From a virus (Duplodnaviria > Caudoviricetes), in IMG/VR virus record IMGVR_UViG_2930337131_000001, positions 64,054-128,053 of that record: a DNA stretch of 64,000 nt; one strand, written 5' to 3'. Positions within the stretch are counted from its first letter, which is position 1. Each line of letters starts with the position of its first letter. Made by a program: the position numbers and the translations under genes. Below, piece by piece: positions 1 to 9,235 of the stretch. Below the pieces are notes generated by a model, which saw nothing but the letters and a program-made list of their open reading frames with translations, was not told where the DNA came from and did not search any database.

Positions 1-38
1 TGCGTCAGGGCCTCGGCCCGGAGGACGAGCTCCGCGTC

Positions 39-3000
39 ATGGCGGAGATGGACCGCCGCGACGGCTACGTCGACGAGCGGGTCCGTGCCGCCGCGCAGGC
101 CACACCGCCGGCGAACGCCGACGAGGCGGAGCGCGAAGGCCGCGCCATGGACGAGGCACTTCGGTTCGGCGACACGGACGTCACGCAGCCTGCTCCGGCC
201 ACCCCCGGACGTCTGCGCCGTGAGTTCGACGCCCTCGACGAGGAGCGGTTCCAGGCCGCCATGCAGGCCACCGGCGGGCGGATGCTCAGCCCCGAGGCCG
301 AGGCCCAGGGCATCGACCCGCGCGCCCTGTTCTCCGGTGGCAAGTACAGCAACAAGCAGGCGAAGGCACTGGCCTCGCCCGAGCTGAAGCACTGGTTCGA
401 CGGCGACGACACCACCCCCGGCAACGGCCGACTCACCTACCCGCAGTACCGGGCGCGGGAGGCCGACCGTGCTCTGCGCGCAGAGTTCGCCGACTGGGAC
501 GAGGCCCGCTACCGGCAGGCCGTGGACTTCACGAACGGCTACTTCTTCCGCCGGGAGTACAAGTTCGGCGGCACCGACTTCAACGAGCGGGAACTGTTCT
601 CCGGCGGCAGCCTGAGCGCCCGAGACCGGTGGAGGCAGTACGCCAGCGACGAATTGCAGGAGTGGTACGACCTCAACGGCGGCCGCCAGACCTTCGCCCA
701 GTTCCGCGAGGCCCGCCGCGCCAACGACCGCGCCGAGCGGCACCAGCACGAGGAGGAGGAGCTGCAGCGCGCCGCCGGGGGCACCCCCGAAGGCGGAGCC
801 CCCGACGGGGTGGCACCCCTCACCGACGACGACGTCACCCCGGCGCCGCCCTTCAACGCTGCGACCCCCGAGAGCGAGGCCGACGCCGCGTTCCGCTTCG
901 GCGGCCGCGACCGTATGCAGGAGTTCGCCGACCGGGCCGAGGTGCGCCCGGACGGGGCCACCTCCGAAGGCGTGTGGCTCGACGGCAGGCAGATCGGCAC
1001 CATCCGGAGCGTCAACGGCGGCAATGGCGACGGGGAACCGGTCTGGGACGCCAGCCCGTTCTACGGCCTGGACCACTCGGCCAACAGCCGTTCCCAGAGC
1101 CGGGACACGGCCATCGCCAACCTGGTCGCCCGCGCCCTGCAGAACGGCCCCGCGGACTCCTCGAACCCGAACGAGGACATGTGGGACTCGGTGACCCTGC
1201 ACCTGGCAGGCCTCACCCACCCGCTGCCCGAGCTGCCGGAGTCCCTCCGTAACGACCCGGAGGCGCGCGCCCGGTACGACCGGCTGTCCAGCATGGTCGA
1301 CTCCTTCCGGGACCAGCAGTCGCCCACCGGCGACCTGCGCCAGGACCTGACGCAGGCTCGCGACGACTTCGCGTGGCTGCACGACGCCCTCGAGGGGCGG
1401 GCGCGTACCCAGCAGCAGCGCGAGGAGCTGTCCGACCTCAAGACCCGCACCTTCTGGGCGGACCGTCTCCAGCAGGGTCTCGGCGAGCCGGACAGCGGCC
1501 CGGAACGCCCCCACGCCCCCGGCGAGCCGCAGGGCGACGGAGATGCCCCGGCCCCGGCGGCGCCGACGCCGGAGCCGGTAAACGCCCCGGACGACACCGT
1601 CGATCCGTCGGCGACGCCCGAACCTACGCCGGAGCCGGACCCGGACCCGATCAGCGGCCAGCCCGCGCACTGGGCCCGCGTTGGGGACCTGCAGCAGGGC
1701 GACATGGTCCGCATGAACGGCACCACCAGGAGGGGCCGGCCGGTCCAGCGCGCCGGATACGTGCAGACCACTCCGCAGTTGGTCGACGTCACCCGCCGCG
1801 GCCGCACCGACCAGATGTGGCGTACCTGGGTCACCGAGAACCCGGACGGCACCGGCGCGGCCGGGAACGTCTACACGTCCGCCAACGCCACCGCGGCGCG
1901 CGCCGAGGCGCCGGACAACGTCGTGCCCGGGTCCCCGGTCAGCGGCGCCCAGGCATCGCTGCGCTCGGGTGACCTGCCCGACCAGATCCCGGCCGACCGT
2001 GACGGCAACGGCCTGTTTCCCGGCAGCACCGTCCGCGGCACCGACGACCGGGAAGGCACCGTCACCGGCGCTGCTCCCACCACCGTGTCGGTGCACTGGT
2101 CCGACGGCAACGACGACGACGCGCTCCCGGCGACCACGCTGACCGTGACCAACGGCCAGCGCCCCGACGGCTGGACCGCCGACGGGCACCGGGTGACCAC
2201 GCAGAACATCGTCAGCGACAGTGACGGCGCCCTCCTCGGCCCCGTCGACGACGTCGACGGAGACAACGTCACCGTCCACACGGCCGACGGCACCATCACC
2301 CGCAGCGCGGGCGACCTCCGCGTCACCGGCCAGGTGCGCGACGACGAGCCCGCGACCGCACCGGTGACCGGCATCGACGAGCCCGCGGCCGCGGACCTCA
2401 AGGACGGCGACGTCGTCGTCCTGGACCTCGACGGCCAGCTCTCTACCGTCGCGATCACCAGCCCGCCCCACCGGGACGGCGACCGCGTCACCCTGCAGTA
2501 CGCCGACACCACCACCGGCGAGATGGGCGAGATCGACGTCGACGCCCGCGCGGTCCTCCCGCGCGCCCAGGGCCCGGACGGTGGCGCCCCGGACCTCGGC
2601 CCGGACAACGCGCCGGAGCCGGCCGACGACCTGACCGTGCACCCGACCCCGCGCACCGTGGACCCGGTGACCGGCCCGACCGTCGACCCGGAGCTCGACT
2701 CGAGCGACCGGAACGTCATCGGCGACCACGCCGACGGCCCGGACACCGACCCGGACGCCCACCAGGCGGCCGTGCGCATCACCAGCGACCTGCCCGTCAC
2801 CCCGGAGCAGGCGCAGGCCCTGGCGACGCAACTGCGCTCCGCCGCGGACCCGTCGACGCCGGAGGGCCGTGCCGCACTACGCGCCGCGGACCACCTCGAC
2901 CGGGCTGCCGGCCGGACCCCGCCCGCGGGCCTGGACCGGCCCCGGGCGTCGAACGCCGCGCAGATCGGTGAGGGCGACCTGGTGGCCATGCCGGACGAGC

Positions 3001-5507
3001 GCCACGGCAACGAGGTGCGTGTCTTCCGCGTCATCGACGCCGAGGACGGCCCCGGAGGCGTGCGCAGCTTCCTCCTGGAGGACGAGAACCAGCAGTGGCG
3101 GCGCCGCGTCGTCCACGGGGCCATGCCCGTGTGGCAGCTCCCCGAGGCCGAGCCGGAGCCCGTCAACCCGCCCGACGTCGACGACACCGACGGCGCCCCG
3201 GACCCCGCGGGCGACCCCGGATTCGGTATCCCCGGCGGCCCGATGCGCCGGGCTGGAGACGGCCCCGCCGCCCCGGCCGCCCCGACGACCACCGCCGCGC
3301 CGGACGACTCGAGCACGCCGGACAGCCCGAGCACGCCTGACGAGCCCACGGCGCCCGTCGCCCAGGTCCGCCCGGGAAGCCTGCGCCGCGGCGACGTCAT
3401 CGACGCGCCCGTGAGCCGGACCGGTTACCAGTTCAACGGCCACCGGCGGCTGACCATCATCAGCGAGCCGCAGCGCAACGGCTGGTGGATGCAGCTCACC
3501 GGCGTCGACGAGGACGGCAACGTCCACGACTTCGGGCTGCACAACGGCCGCGCCGTGAACGTCTACGACAGGAACCGGCCCACCCCGGCTCTGCCCCCGG
3601 CCGGTACGCCCCGCGACCCCAACCAGGTGCCGCAGACCGACCTCAACCAGCTCGTCACCGACCACGGCCGCGCCCACGCCGCCCGCATCATCGACGAGGC
3701 CATCGCAGGCACGGAGCCGCCCGGCGACATCCACGCCCTGCGTGAGGGCATCGCCCAGCGCCTCACCCCGGACGCCCTGGCCAACGCCCGCCAGGCGACC
3801 CGCCAGGACGGCATCGCTGCCCTCGACGCCGCGGGCATTACCGGCCGGGACCGGGCGAGCGCCCAGCGCCGCCTGCGCACCACCCGCAACCGGGCCCACG
3901 ACGACACCGTGCGCGCGGCCCTGCGGACCATCAACGACCTCGAGCCGCTCGATGGGGAGAGTAACGAGGACCTGGCGGCCCGCGCCCGGGACCTGCTGCG
4001 CCTCATCCCGGACCAGGTCGCCGGCCGCCCGGACGCCGACCCCGACGCCGACCCGGACGTCACCCGGGCTGTGACGGGACACGCGGACGCCGCGGTGAAC
4101 GCTCTCCTGCAGCAGCTCCAGGCCGCGGGCGTGGACCCGGGCGACGCCGAGCGGATCGCCCGCATCCTCACCCAGCAGATGGCCGGTTCCCGGCAGGCCA
4201 CGGCCCGCCGGATCGCGCGCCGGGTCGCCGCGGCGAACCCCGACGCGGGACAGCAGTCGGGCCTCCTCGCCCGGATCGTCGCCGCCCTGGTCCGACTGGC
4301 CAAGCGGTTCGGGGAGCTGGTGAAGCAAGGCGCCCGCGCAATCGCCGAGAAGTACCGGGACACCCGCGATCGGCTGGCCCGCCTGCGTGCCTTCCTGGGT
4401 CGCATGGTGCGCCGTGTCCGGCAGTGGCCGGAGTCCCGCCGCCTGGCCCGTCTGCACCGCGCGGTGAACCTGCCGGCCGCGGACGGCGAGTCGCTGGCCG
4501 CACGGATCAGCCACTGGGCCGGACTCATGCCGGAGCCGGGCCGGTTCGGGCAGGCGCAGCGGCGCCTCACGTTCTGGCGGCCGACCACGTGGGCGCGCCT
4601 CGCGTCCGGTCGTCTCCCGGACCGGTCGGACCGGATCCAGTGGACCCCGGACCGTGCGGCCGACGGCGGCCCCGGCCTGACCGGGCTCCGCCACATGGCG
4701 GCCCTGCGGATGGCCGGCCAAGACGTCGACACCGACGTGACCCGTCGTCTGTCCGCCGCTCTCGGCGACGACTTCGGGGACGACCCGCACGCCACGCTGC
4801 AGCACGCCGACGACTACGTGGCCGCGAGCGAGCGCCGTCTGGTCAACCTGCAAGCGGCCCGCAGCAGTGCGACCATTCCGGACGACCCCGACCTGGACAT
4901 CGAGATCACGGCCGCCCGCTCCGAGCTCGCGGCCGCCCGCCGGGAGTACTCGGACCTGCGGGACCGGTACGCCGCCGCGGTGCCCGACGCCGTGGCCGCG
5001 TCCCTGGCCGACATCCGCGACATGGGCCCCGAGGGCAACTCCGCGATCGTGTTCGGCCCGGACACCGACCCGGACGCCGAACGGGCCGTGCGAGGCGTTC
5101 AGCGGCTCATCCCCCGGTCGTGGCTCAACACCCCCGAGGCGCGCCGCTTGACGGCCGTGGACGGCACCCAGGGCCGGTACGAGCCGGAGGGGCAGCGGGT
5201 CACGGTTGCCGACCTGGCCGACGAGGGACTTGGCACGGCCGGGTTCGCCCTGGGCCAGCACTTCGCCGGGCACCTGGGCGACCTCGACGCCGCGCAGCGC
5301 GCGTTCCAGTTCAGCCGGACGCACACCGGCCGGCCGGGCGCCCGTCGGATGCAGCGCAGCCCGTGGGACCGGCTCCGGCGACGGCAGCAGACGCAACCGG
5401 AGACCGGTGACACCCTCGCGCGATCCATTCAGGCGATGTTCAGTGGCGACTGGTACCAGGACGACGACATGCGCGCGTTCCTCCTGGGCCTGCTCGCCAC
5501 GCGATAG
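39..5507 (+). CDS. Giant multidomain (large polyvalent-type) phage protein, probably 5'-truncated by the window edge
   Basis: 1822-aa ORF with GC3-rich codons. Duplicated LFSGG..ASxEL..W.D..R.T..Q module, several L..GD.V SH3/KOW-like units, Pro/Asp linkers and a C-terminal zincin-like region lacking HExxH. Confidence 0.7.
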   Translation: MAEMDRRDGYVDERVRAAAQATPPANADEAEREGRAMDEALRFGDTDVTQPAPATPGRLRREFDALDEERFQAAMQATGGRMLSPEAEAQGIDPRALFSGGKYSNKQAKALASPELKHWFDGDDTTPGNGRLTYPQYRAREADRALRAEFADWDEARYRQAVDFTNGYFFRREYKFGGTDFNERELFSGGSLSARDRWRQYASDELQEWYDLNGGRQTFAQFREARRANDRAERHQHEEEELQRAAGGTPEGGAPDGVAPLTDDDVTPAPPFNAATPESEADAAFRFGGRDRMQEFADRAEVRPDGATSEGVWLDGRQIGTIRSVNGGNGDGEPVWDASPFYGLDHSANSRSQSRDTAIANLVARALQNGPADSSNPNEDMWDSVTLHLAGLTHPLPELPESLRNDPEARARYDRLSSMVDSFRDQQSPTGDLRQDLTQARDDFAWLHDALEGRARTQQQREELSDLKTRTFWADRLQQGLGEPDSGPERPHAPGEPQGDGDAPAPAAPTPEPVNAPDDTVDPSATPEPTPEPDPDPISGQPAHWARVGDLQQGDMVRMNGTTRRGRPVQRAGYVQTTPQLVDVTRRGRTDQMWRTWVTENPDGTGAAGNVYTSANATAARAEAPDNVVPGSPVSGAQASLRSGDLPDQIPADRDGNGLFPGSTVRGTDDREGTVTGAAPTTVSVHWSDGNDDDALPATTLTVTNGQRPDGWTADGHRVTTQNIVSDSDGALLGPVDDVDGDNVTVHTADGTITRSAGDLRVTGQVRDDEPATAPVTGIDEPAAADLKDGDVVVLDLDGQLSTVAITSPPHRDGDRVTLQYADTTTGEMGEIDVDARAVLPRAQGPDGGAPDLGPDNAPEPADDLTVHPTPRTVDPVTGPTVDPELDSSDRNVIGDHADGPDTDPDAHQAAVRITSDLPVTPEQAQALATQLRSAADPSTPEGRAALRAADHLDRAAGRTPPAGLDRPRASNAAQIGEGDLVAMPDERHGNEVRVFRVIDAEDGPGGVRSFLLEDENQQWRRRVVHGAMPVWQLPEAEPEPVNPPDVDDTDGAPDPAGDPGFGIPGGPMRRAGDGPAAPAAPTTTAAPDDSSTPDSPSTPDEPTAPVAQVRPGSLRRGDVIDAPVSRTGYQFNGHRRLTIISEPQRNGWWMQLTGVDEDGNVHDFGLHNGRAVNVYDRNRPTPALPPAGTPRDPNQVPQTDLNQLVTDHGRAHAARIIDEAIAGTEPPGDIHALREGIAQRLTPDALANARQATRQDGIAALDAAGITGRDRASAQRRLRTTRNRAHDDTVRAALRTINDLEPLDGESNEDLAARARDLLRLIPDQVAGRPDADPDADPDVTRAVTGHADAAVNALLQQLQAAGVDPGDAERIARILTQQMAGSRQATARRIARRVAAANPDAGQQSGLLARIVAALVRLAKRFGELVKQGARAIAEKYRDTRDRLARLRAFLGRMVRRVRQWPESRRLARLHRAVNLPAADGESLAARISHWAGLMPEPGRFGQAQRRLTFWRPTTWARLASGRLPDRSDRIQWTPDRAADGGPGLTGLRHMAALRMAGQDVDTDVTRRLSAALGDDFGDDPHATLQHADDYVAASERRLVNLQAARSSATIPDDPDLDIEITAARSELAAARREYSDLRDRYAAAVPDAVAASLADIRDMGPEGNSAIVFGPDTDPDAERAVRGVQRLIPRSWLNTPEARRLTAVDGTQGRYEPEGQRVTVADLADEGLGTAGFALGQHFAGHLGDLDAAQRAFQFSRTHTGRPGARRMQRSPWDRLRRRQQTQPETGDTLARSIQAMFSGDWYQDDDMRAFLLGLLATR

Positions 5508-5515
5508 GAGGCAGC

Positions 5516-5785
5516 GTGTTCACCGTCACCGGCGCATTCGATGACGGTGCGACCTACACCGTGCAGATCACCGGGCGGGCAGACCGCCCGGTGATCGGGT
5601 CGCACCGGGCCGCGGCCCTCGTGGAGCTCCACCTGGGCGAGAAGGTCCTCCTGTCCCCGACCGGCCCCCTGGCGGCCGTTGCCGGGGACGACGGGGCGTC
5701 TGTGCTCGCAGTGCTGCGCGAGCACACCAACGTGATCGAGGAGAGCGGCCGCGTACCCCGGCAGGCGAGCGTGCCCGGGAGCTGA
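5516..5785 (+). CDS. Hypothetical protein (89 aa)
   Basis: AGGAGG RBS before GTG, directly after the giant gene's stop codon. Confidence 0.7.
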   Translation: MFTVTGAFDDGATYTVQITGRADRPVIGSHRAAALVELHLGEKVLLSPTGPLAAVAGDDGASVLAVLREHTNVIEESGRVPRQASVPGS

Positions 5786-5794
5786 TCCCGGGCG

Positions 5795-5822
5795 CTTGCC
5801 CAATTGGGCAAGAATGATCTTG
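5795..5822 (-). repeat. parS-like 28-bp element, copy 1 (inverted)
   Basis: Perfect palindrome CTTGCCCAATTGGGCAAG plus AATGATCTTG flank; matches the copies at 12917 and 55894. Confidence 0.75.
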
Positions 5823-5845
5823 GTCAGGGGTGCGGCGGGGTGGCG

Positions 5846-5875
5846 GCGACACAAGCCGCTCCGCTCGCTCATCCT
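5846..5875 (+). promoter_or_regulatory. Late-promoter motif (leaderless)
   Basis: GCGACA-N18-CATCCT, 7 nt before GTG 5883. Confidence 0.65.
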
Positions 5876-5882
5876 CCGCCCC

Positions 5883-6521
5883 GTGACCAGATACGGATTC
5901 GCCATCAAGGCTCTCCCCAAGGGCGCCAAGCCTTTCGGGCAGGAAGACGACGAGAACGAGGAGACCCCGGGGCTCGAGACATCCAGCCCCGGCGCCTCCG
6001 ACAGCGACACCTCCCTGGACCCTGCGGACGAGCTGCCCGAGGATCCGACAGCGGCCCCGGCCGCACCCGCCGAGGACCCCACCGCACCCCCGGAGGACCC
6101 TTCAGCCTCCCCGGCCGGGGACGCTCCACCGGAGGGAGACGGCACCGGCCAGGAGCCGGCGGACGCCCCGCCGCAGCCCGAAGACGACTCCCGCCCCTGG
6201 GCCGGAGACGAGTACAACGAGGGCGACGAGACCGACCCCAACGGCCCCCAGTCGTGGTCTGCGTTCACCGGCAGCAACGGGGAACAGGCTTGGCTCGACA
6301 AAGCCCAGGACGGCACACTGACCGGATGGGTGCGGGACTCCAGCGGCCAGGTGTGGCGCTACACCGACCCCGACGCGTGGGCGCTCGACGTCGACGGCGC
6401 CCAGATGACGCAGACGCACCACAACGGCGAGGACAACGCCCAGGCGGCCGGGGACGGCACGCAGGGCGGACAGGCCCCGGACGACCGGGGCAAGCAAGAC
6501 CTGATGTTCGCGGGCCAGTGA
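5883..6521 (+). CDS. Acidic Pro-rich hypothetical head-region protein
   Basis: In-frame GTG start within ORF 5796-6521; low-complexity N-half and Trp-rich C-domain. Confidence 0.7.
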   Translation: MTRYGFAIKALPKGAKPFGQEDDENEETPGLETSSPGASDSDTSLDPADELPEDPTAAPAAPAEDPTAPPEDPSASPAGDAPPEGDGTGQEPADAPPQPEDDSRPWAGDEYNEGDETDPNGPQSWSAFTGSNGEQAWLDKAQDGTLTGWVRDSSGQVWRYTDPDAWALDVDGAQMTQTHHNGEDNAQAAGDGTQGGQAPDDRGKQDLMFAGQ

Positions 6522-6533
6522 GGAGAGTCGAGA

Positions 6534-6749
6534 GTGCAGCTCAACCGGCAGGCGTTCCAGGACCTGCTCAACGAGGGCAAGGCCGCGTACGCGGCGGGAG
6601 ACCCCTCCGACTCGTGCCCGTACAACATGTACGGCGCCGACGTGGAGGAGCGGTTCGGATACCGCTACTGGACCCGCGGTTGGGTCATGGCCCGGTCTGA
6701 GGCCGAGGCCCAGGCCGCCCAGCCTGTAGGAGCCAGCGCAGGACAGTAA
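6534..6749 (+). CDS. Rmf/CrpP-fold small protein
   Basis: EGKAAYAAG...CPY...YWTRGW matches the ribosome-modulation-factor-like G..A...G..CPY...W..GW pattern; GAGGAG RBS. Confidence 0.65.
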   Translation: MQLNRQAFQDLLNEGKAAYAAGDPSDSCPYNMYGADVEERFGYRYWTRGWVMARSEAEAQAAQPVGASAGQ

Positions 6750-6769
6750 GGCACTCCACTCGGCACGGT
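6740..6769 (+). promoter_or_regulatory. Late-promoter motif
   Basis: AGGACA-N18-CACGGT upstream of the protease gene. Confidence 0.5.
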
Positions 6770-6808
6770 GCCCGGCGGCCCACTGTCCACCGCCGGAGGT
6801 TCCCCGCC

Positions 6809-9010
6809 GTGCCGAGCGCTGCTCCACCCACCAGATCCACCCGTCCCAGCACCACCCAGCGAGGCACCAGCCGGGCAATCTACGCCGTGACGGGCGTGGT
6901 CGACGAGGTCGAGGACCTCATCCTGCCTGGTGCTTTCACCCGCACCCTGGCTTCACGGCCCGTCAAGTCCGTGTGGCATCACGGGTGGAAGGACCCTGTC
7001 GGCGTCGTCCTCGAGTGCGAGGAGTGGATGCCCGGGGACGTCCGATTCAAGAGCATCCCCGACTGGCCGCCCGAGGCCGGCGCGCTCGTCGCCACCGTGC
7101 TCTACAACCTGCGCACACAGCAGGGCCGCGACGCCTACGAGCAGGTCAAACAGTGGCATGAGCACAAGCAGGCCGCGTTCTCCATCGGCTTCCGCGTCCC
7201 CGAGTGGGGCGCCACCATGCGCAACAAGACCCGCATCATTCACGACATGGACCTGTTCGAGGTCTCGCCCGTGCTGCACGGAGCGCACCCGATGACCCGC
7301 AGCCTCGAGGTGAAGTCCGCCGCCGGCAGCGGGCACGACGGGCTCGAGTACAAGTCCACGCCCGGCACCGCGGAGATCGACGTCGTCGCCCCGAAGGACG
7401 ACACCGCCATCAAGGTCGCCGGCCTGGTCGTCAAGGCCGCCGACACCGGCCGCGTCCTGATGATCCAGCGCGCGCTCGACGACGAGGACCCGGCCGCGGG
7501 TACGTGGGAGTTCCCCGGCGGGCATGGAGAGGACGACGAGGACCCGCTGCAGACCGCGATCCGCGAGTGGGGTGAGGAGACCGGCTCGACGCTCCCCGGC
7601 ACCGCCAGCGTCGTCGGATCCTGGACGGCCCCGAACGGCATCTACCGGCTCTACGTGGCCGTGGTCCCGACCGAGGCGTCCGTGCCGATCAACACTCCGC
7701 ACGACGAACGCCGGATCGCCAACCCGGACGACCCGGACGGCGACGCAACCGAGGTCACCGCCTGGTGGCCGATCACGGCCCTACCCGACATGCCGCTCCT
7801 GCGGCAGGAGTGCCGCGAAACCCCGTGGGACCTCCTGGCCGGCGCCGCCCTGCCGAAGCCCTCCGGGCCGAGCCTCGACCCCGTGAAGGTCGCGGCCGGG
7901 ACCGTCGCCGCCCAAGACTTCGCCGACGGCGTGCTGTCCCGCTACCGGGCCCTGGCCGCCGCCGAGAAGAAGTCCGCGCACGCCGCGGTGCAGGGCGCTC
8001 GTACGCGGCCGCACCTCGAGCACAAGTCCGCCCGGGTCATCGTCTCCGAGGCCAAGGCCGCCGGCGGCGCGGACCAGAACCGCGGGGACGCCGAGCAGTT
8101 GCGGCACTGGTACGTCCGCGGTGAGGGCGCAGCTCAAATCGGCTGGGGCACTCCCGGCGACTTCGACCGCTGCGTGTCCATCGCCGGACGCCACATGAGC
8201 CCGGAGAACGCCAAGGGTTACTGCAATCTCCGCCACAAGGACGCCCTGGGCATCTACCCCGCCACCCACGCGGCCGAGAGCAAGAGCGCTCGCCGCGCGG
8301 TCCTCGAAGCCAAAGCACTCAGCGCCAGCACTGGAGACCCCATGGACCCGATCCAGCCCCTGCCCCAGTCGTTCGAGCAGATTCGCGACCGCCTCGGCCA
8401 GGCCGTCCGCGTGCTGCTCGCTCCCGATGACGACACCTGGGCGTGCATCCACGGCACCTACCCGGACCACGTCATCGCCTCGGTGCACTCCGGCGAAGAG
8501 GGAGAGGAGCACTACCTGGTGCCGTACACCCTCGACGGCGACGACGTGACCCTGGGCACGCCGAAGCCGGTCACGCTGGCCACCGTCGTCGTCTCCGACG
8601 AGGACGACGACGAGCCGCGCGAGGCCGACGAGGACGAGGAGGCCGAAGCCCGCGTCGTCCAGCCCACGGTCGACGCACTCAGCGACGCGACCGCGCGGAT
8701 CAGCACCACCACCGCGGGCCCGAAGCAGCTCCAGGGAGTCCGAGACAAGGTCCGCGACCTGATCGCCGCCCTGTCGGCGAAGGGACTCGACGTCGCCGAC
8801 GCACAGCCCGCGCGCCGGATGGGGCTGGACCTGTGGGAGGAGGACGACGAAGAGACGCCCGACGACACCGGGGACGGCGAGCCCGAGGGCGACCCCGCGG
8901 GCGACGACCCGGACGGCGACCAGGACGACCCGACCCTCAAGTCGGACGACGACACCGTCCGCCTGGACCCCGAAGAAGTGAAGGCCGCACTCGCCGCACT
9001 GCGGAGCTGA
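6809..9010 (+). CDS. HK97-type prohead protease fused to a Nudix hydrolase and two further domains
   Basis: Protease motifs VWHH...PVG, FSIGF and LFEVSPV. Nudix box GGHGEDDEDPLQTAIREWGEETG. GGAGG RBS; immediately upstream of the major capsid gene. Confidence 0.85.
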   Translation: MPSAAPPTRSTRPSTTQRGTSRAIYAVTGVVDEVEDLILPGAFTRTLASRPVKSVWHHGWKDPVGVVLECEEWMPGDVRFKSIPDWPPEAGALVATVLYNLRTQQGRDAYEQVKQWHEHKQAAFSIGFRVPEWGATMRNKTRIIHDMDLFEVSPVLHGAHPMTRSLEVKSAAGSGHDGLEYKSTPGTAEIDVVAPKDDTAIKVAGLVVKAADTGRVLMIQRALDDEDPAAGTWEFPGGHGEDDEDPLQTAIREWGEETGSTLPGTASVVGSWTAPNGIYRLYVAVVPTEASVPINTPHDERRIANPDDPDGDATEVTAWWPITALPDMPLLRQECRETPWDLLAGAALPKPSGPSLDPVKVAAGTVAAQDFADGVLSRYRALAAAEKKSAHAAVQGARTRPHLEHKSARVIVSEAKAAGGADQNRGDAEQLRHWYVRGEGAAQIGWGTPGDFDRCVSIAGRHMSPENAKGYCNLRHKDALGIYPATHAAESKSARRAVLEAKALSASTGDPMDPIQPLPQSFEQIRDRLGQAVRVLLAPDDDTWACIHGTYPDHVIASVHSGEEGEEHYLVPYTLDGDDVTLGTPKPVTLATVVVSDEDDDEPREADEDEEAEARVVQPTVDALSDATARISTTTAGPKQLQGVRDKVRDLIAALSAKGLDVADAQPARRMGLDLWEEDDEETPDDTGDGEPEGDPAGDDPDGDQDDPTLKSDDDTVRLDPEEVKAALAALRS

Positions 9011-9120
9011 GTTGCACCCCCGCGACCACTCCACCCCGCCGGCCCCGCTCTACCGCAGTTAACAAAACCGCAGGTCAAACCCCATGCGCTGCCCGCTCTT
9101 GACGTCTCGAGCGGGCAGCG

Positions 9121-9148
9121 CGCGACGTTAACCCCCCTCTCCCACTTT
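9121..9148 (+). promoter_or_regulatory. Late-promoter motif upstream of the capsid gene (variant spacing)
   Basis: CGCGACGTTAACC is identical to the copies at 17381 and 43475; CACTTT lies at a 15-nt spacing. Confidence 0.55.
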
Positions 9149-9235
9149 CATCCCGCCTCGCGTTGAGGCGTCCCGGTGCTGGCCGGGCGAACGGCGCACG
9201 TCAACCGCCACCCCAGCATCAGGGAGAGCCCCGCA

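Noticed and set aside
1660-3580. Intein/Hint domains in the giant protein (L..GD.V motifs)
   Set aside because: No N-terminal Cys/Ser block, TxxH or terminal HN motif; better explained as SH3/KOW-like repeats.
2877-5396. Long antisense and alternate-frame ORFs throughout (e.g. 2877-5396, 20068-22881, 28018-31119, 61916-63787)
   Set aside because: Shadow ORFs expected at high GC. They overlap better-supported genes and are Arg/Gly/Pro-rich without motifs.
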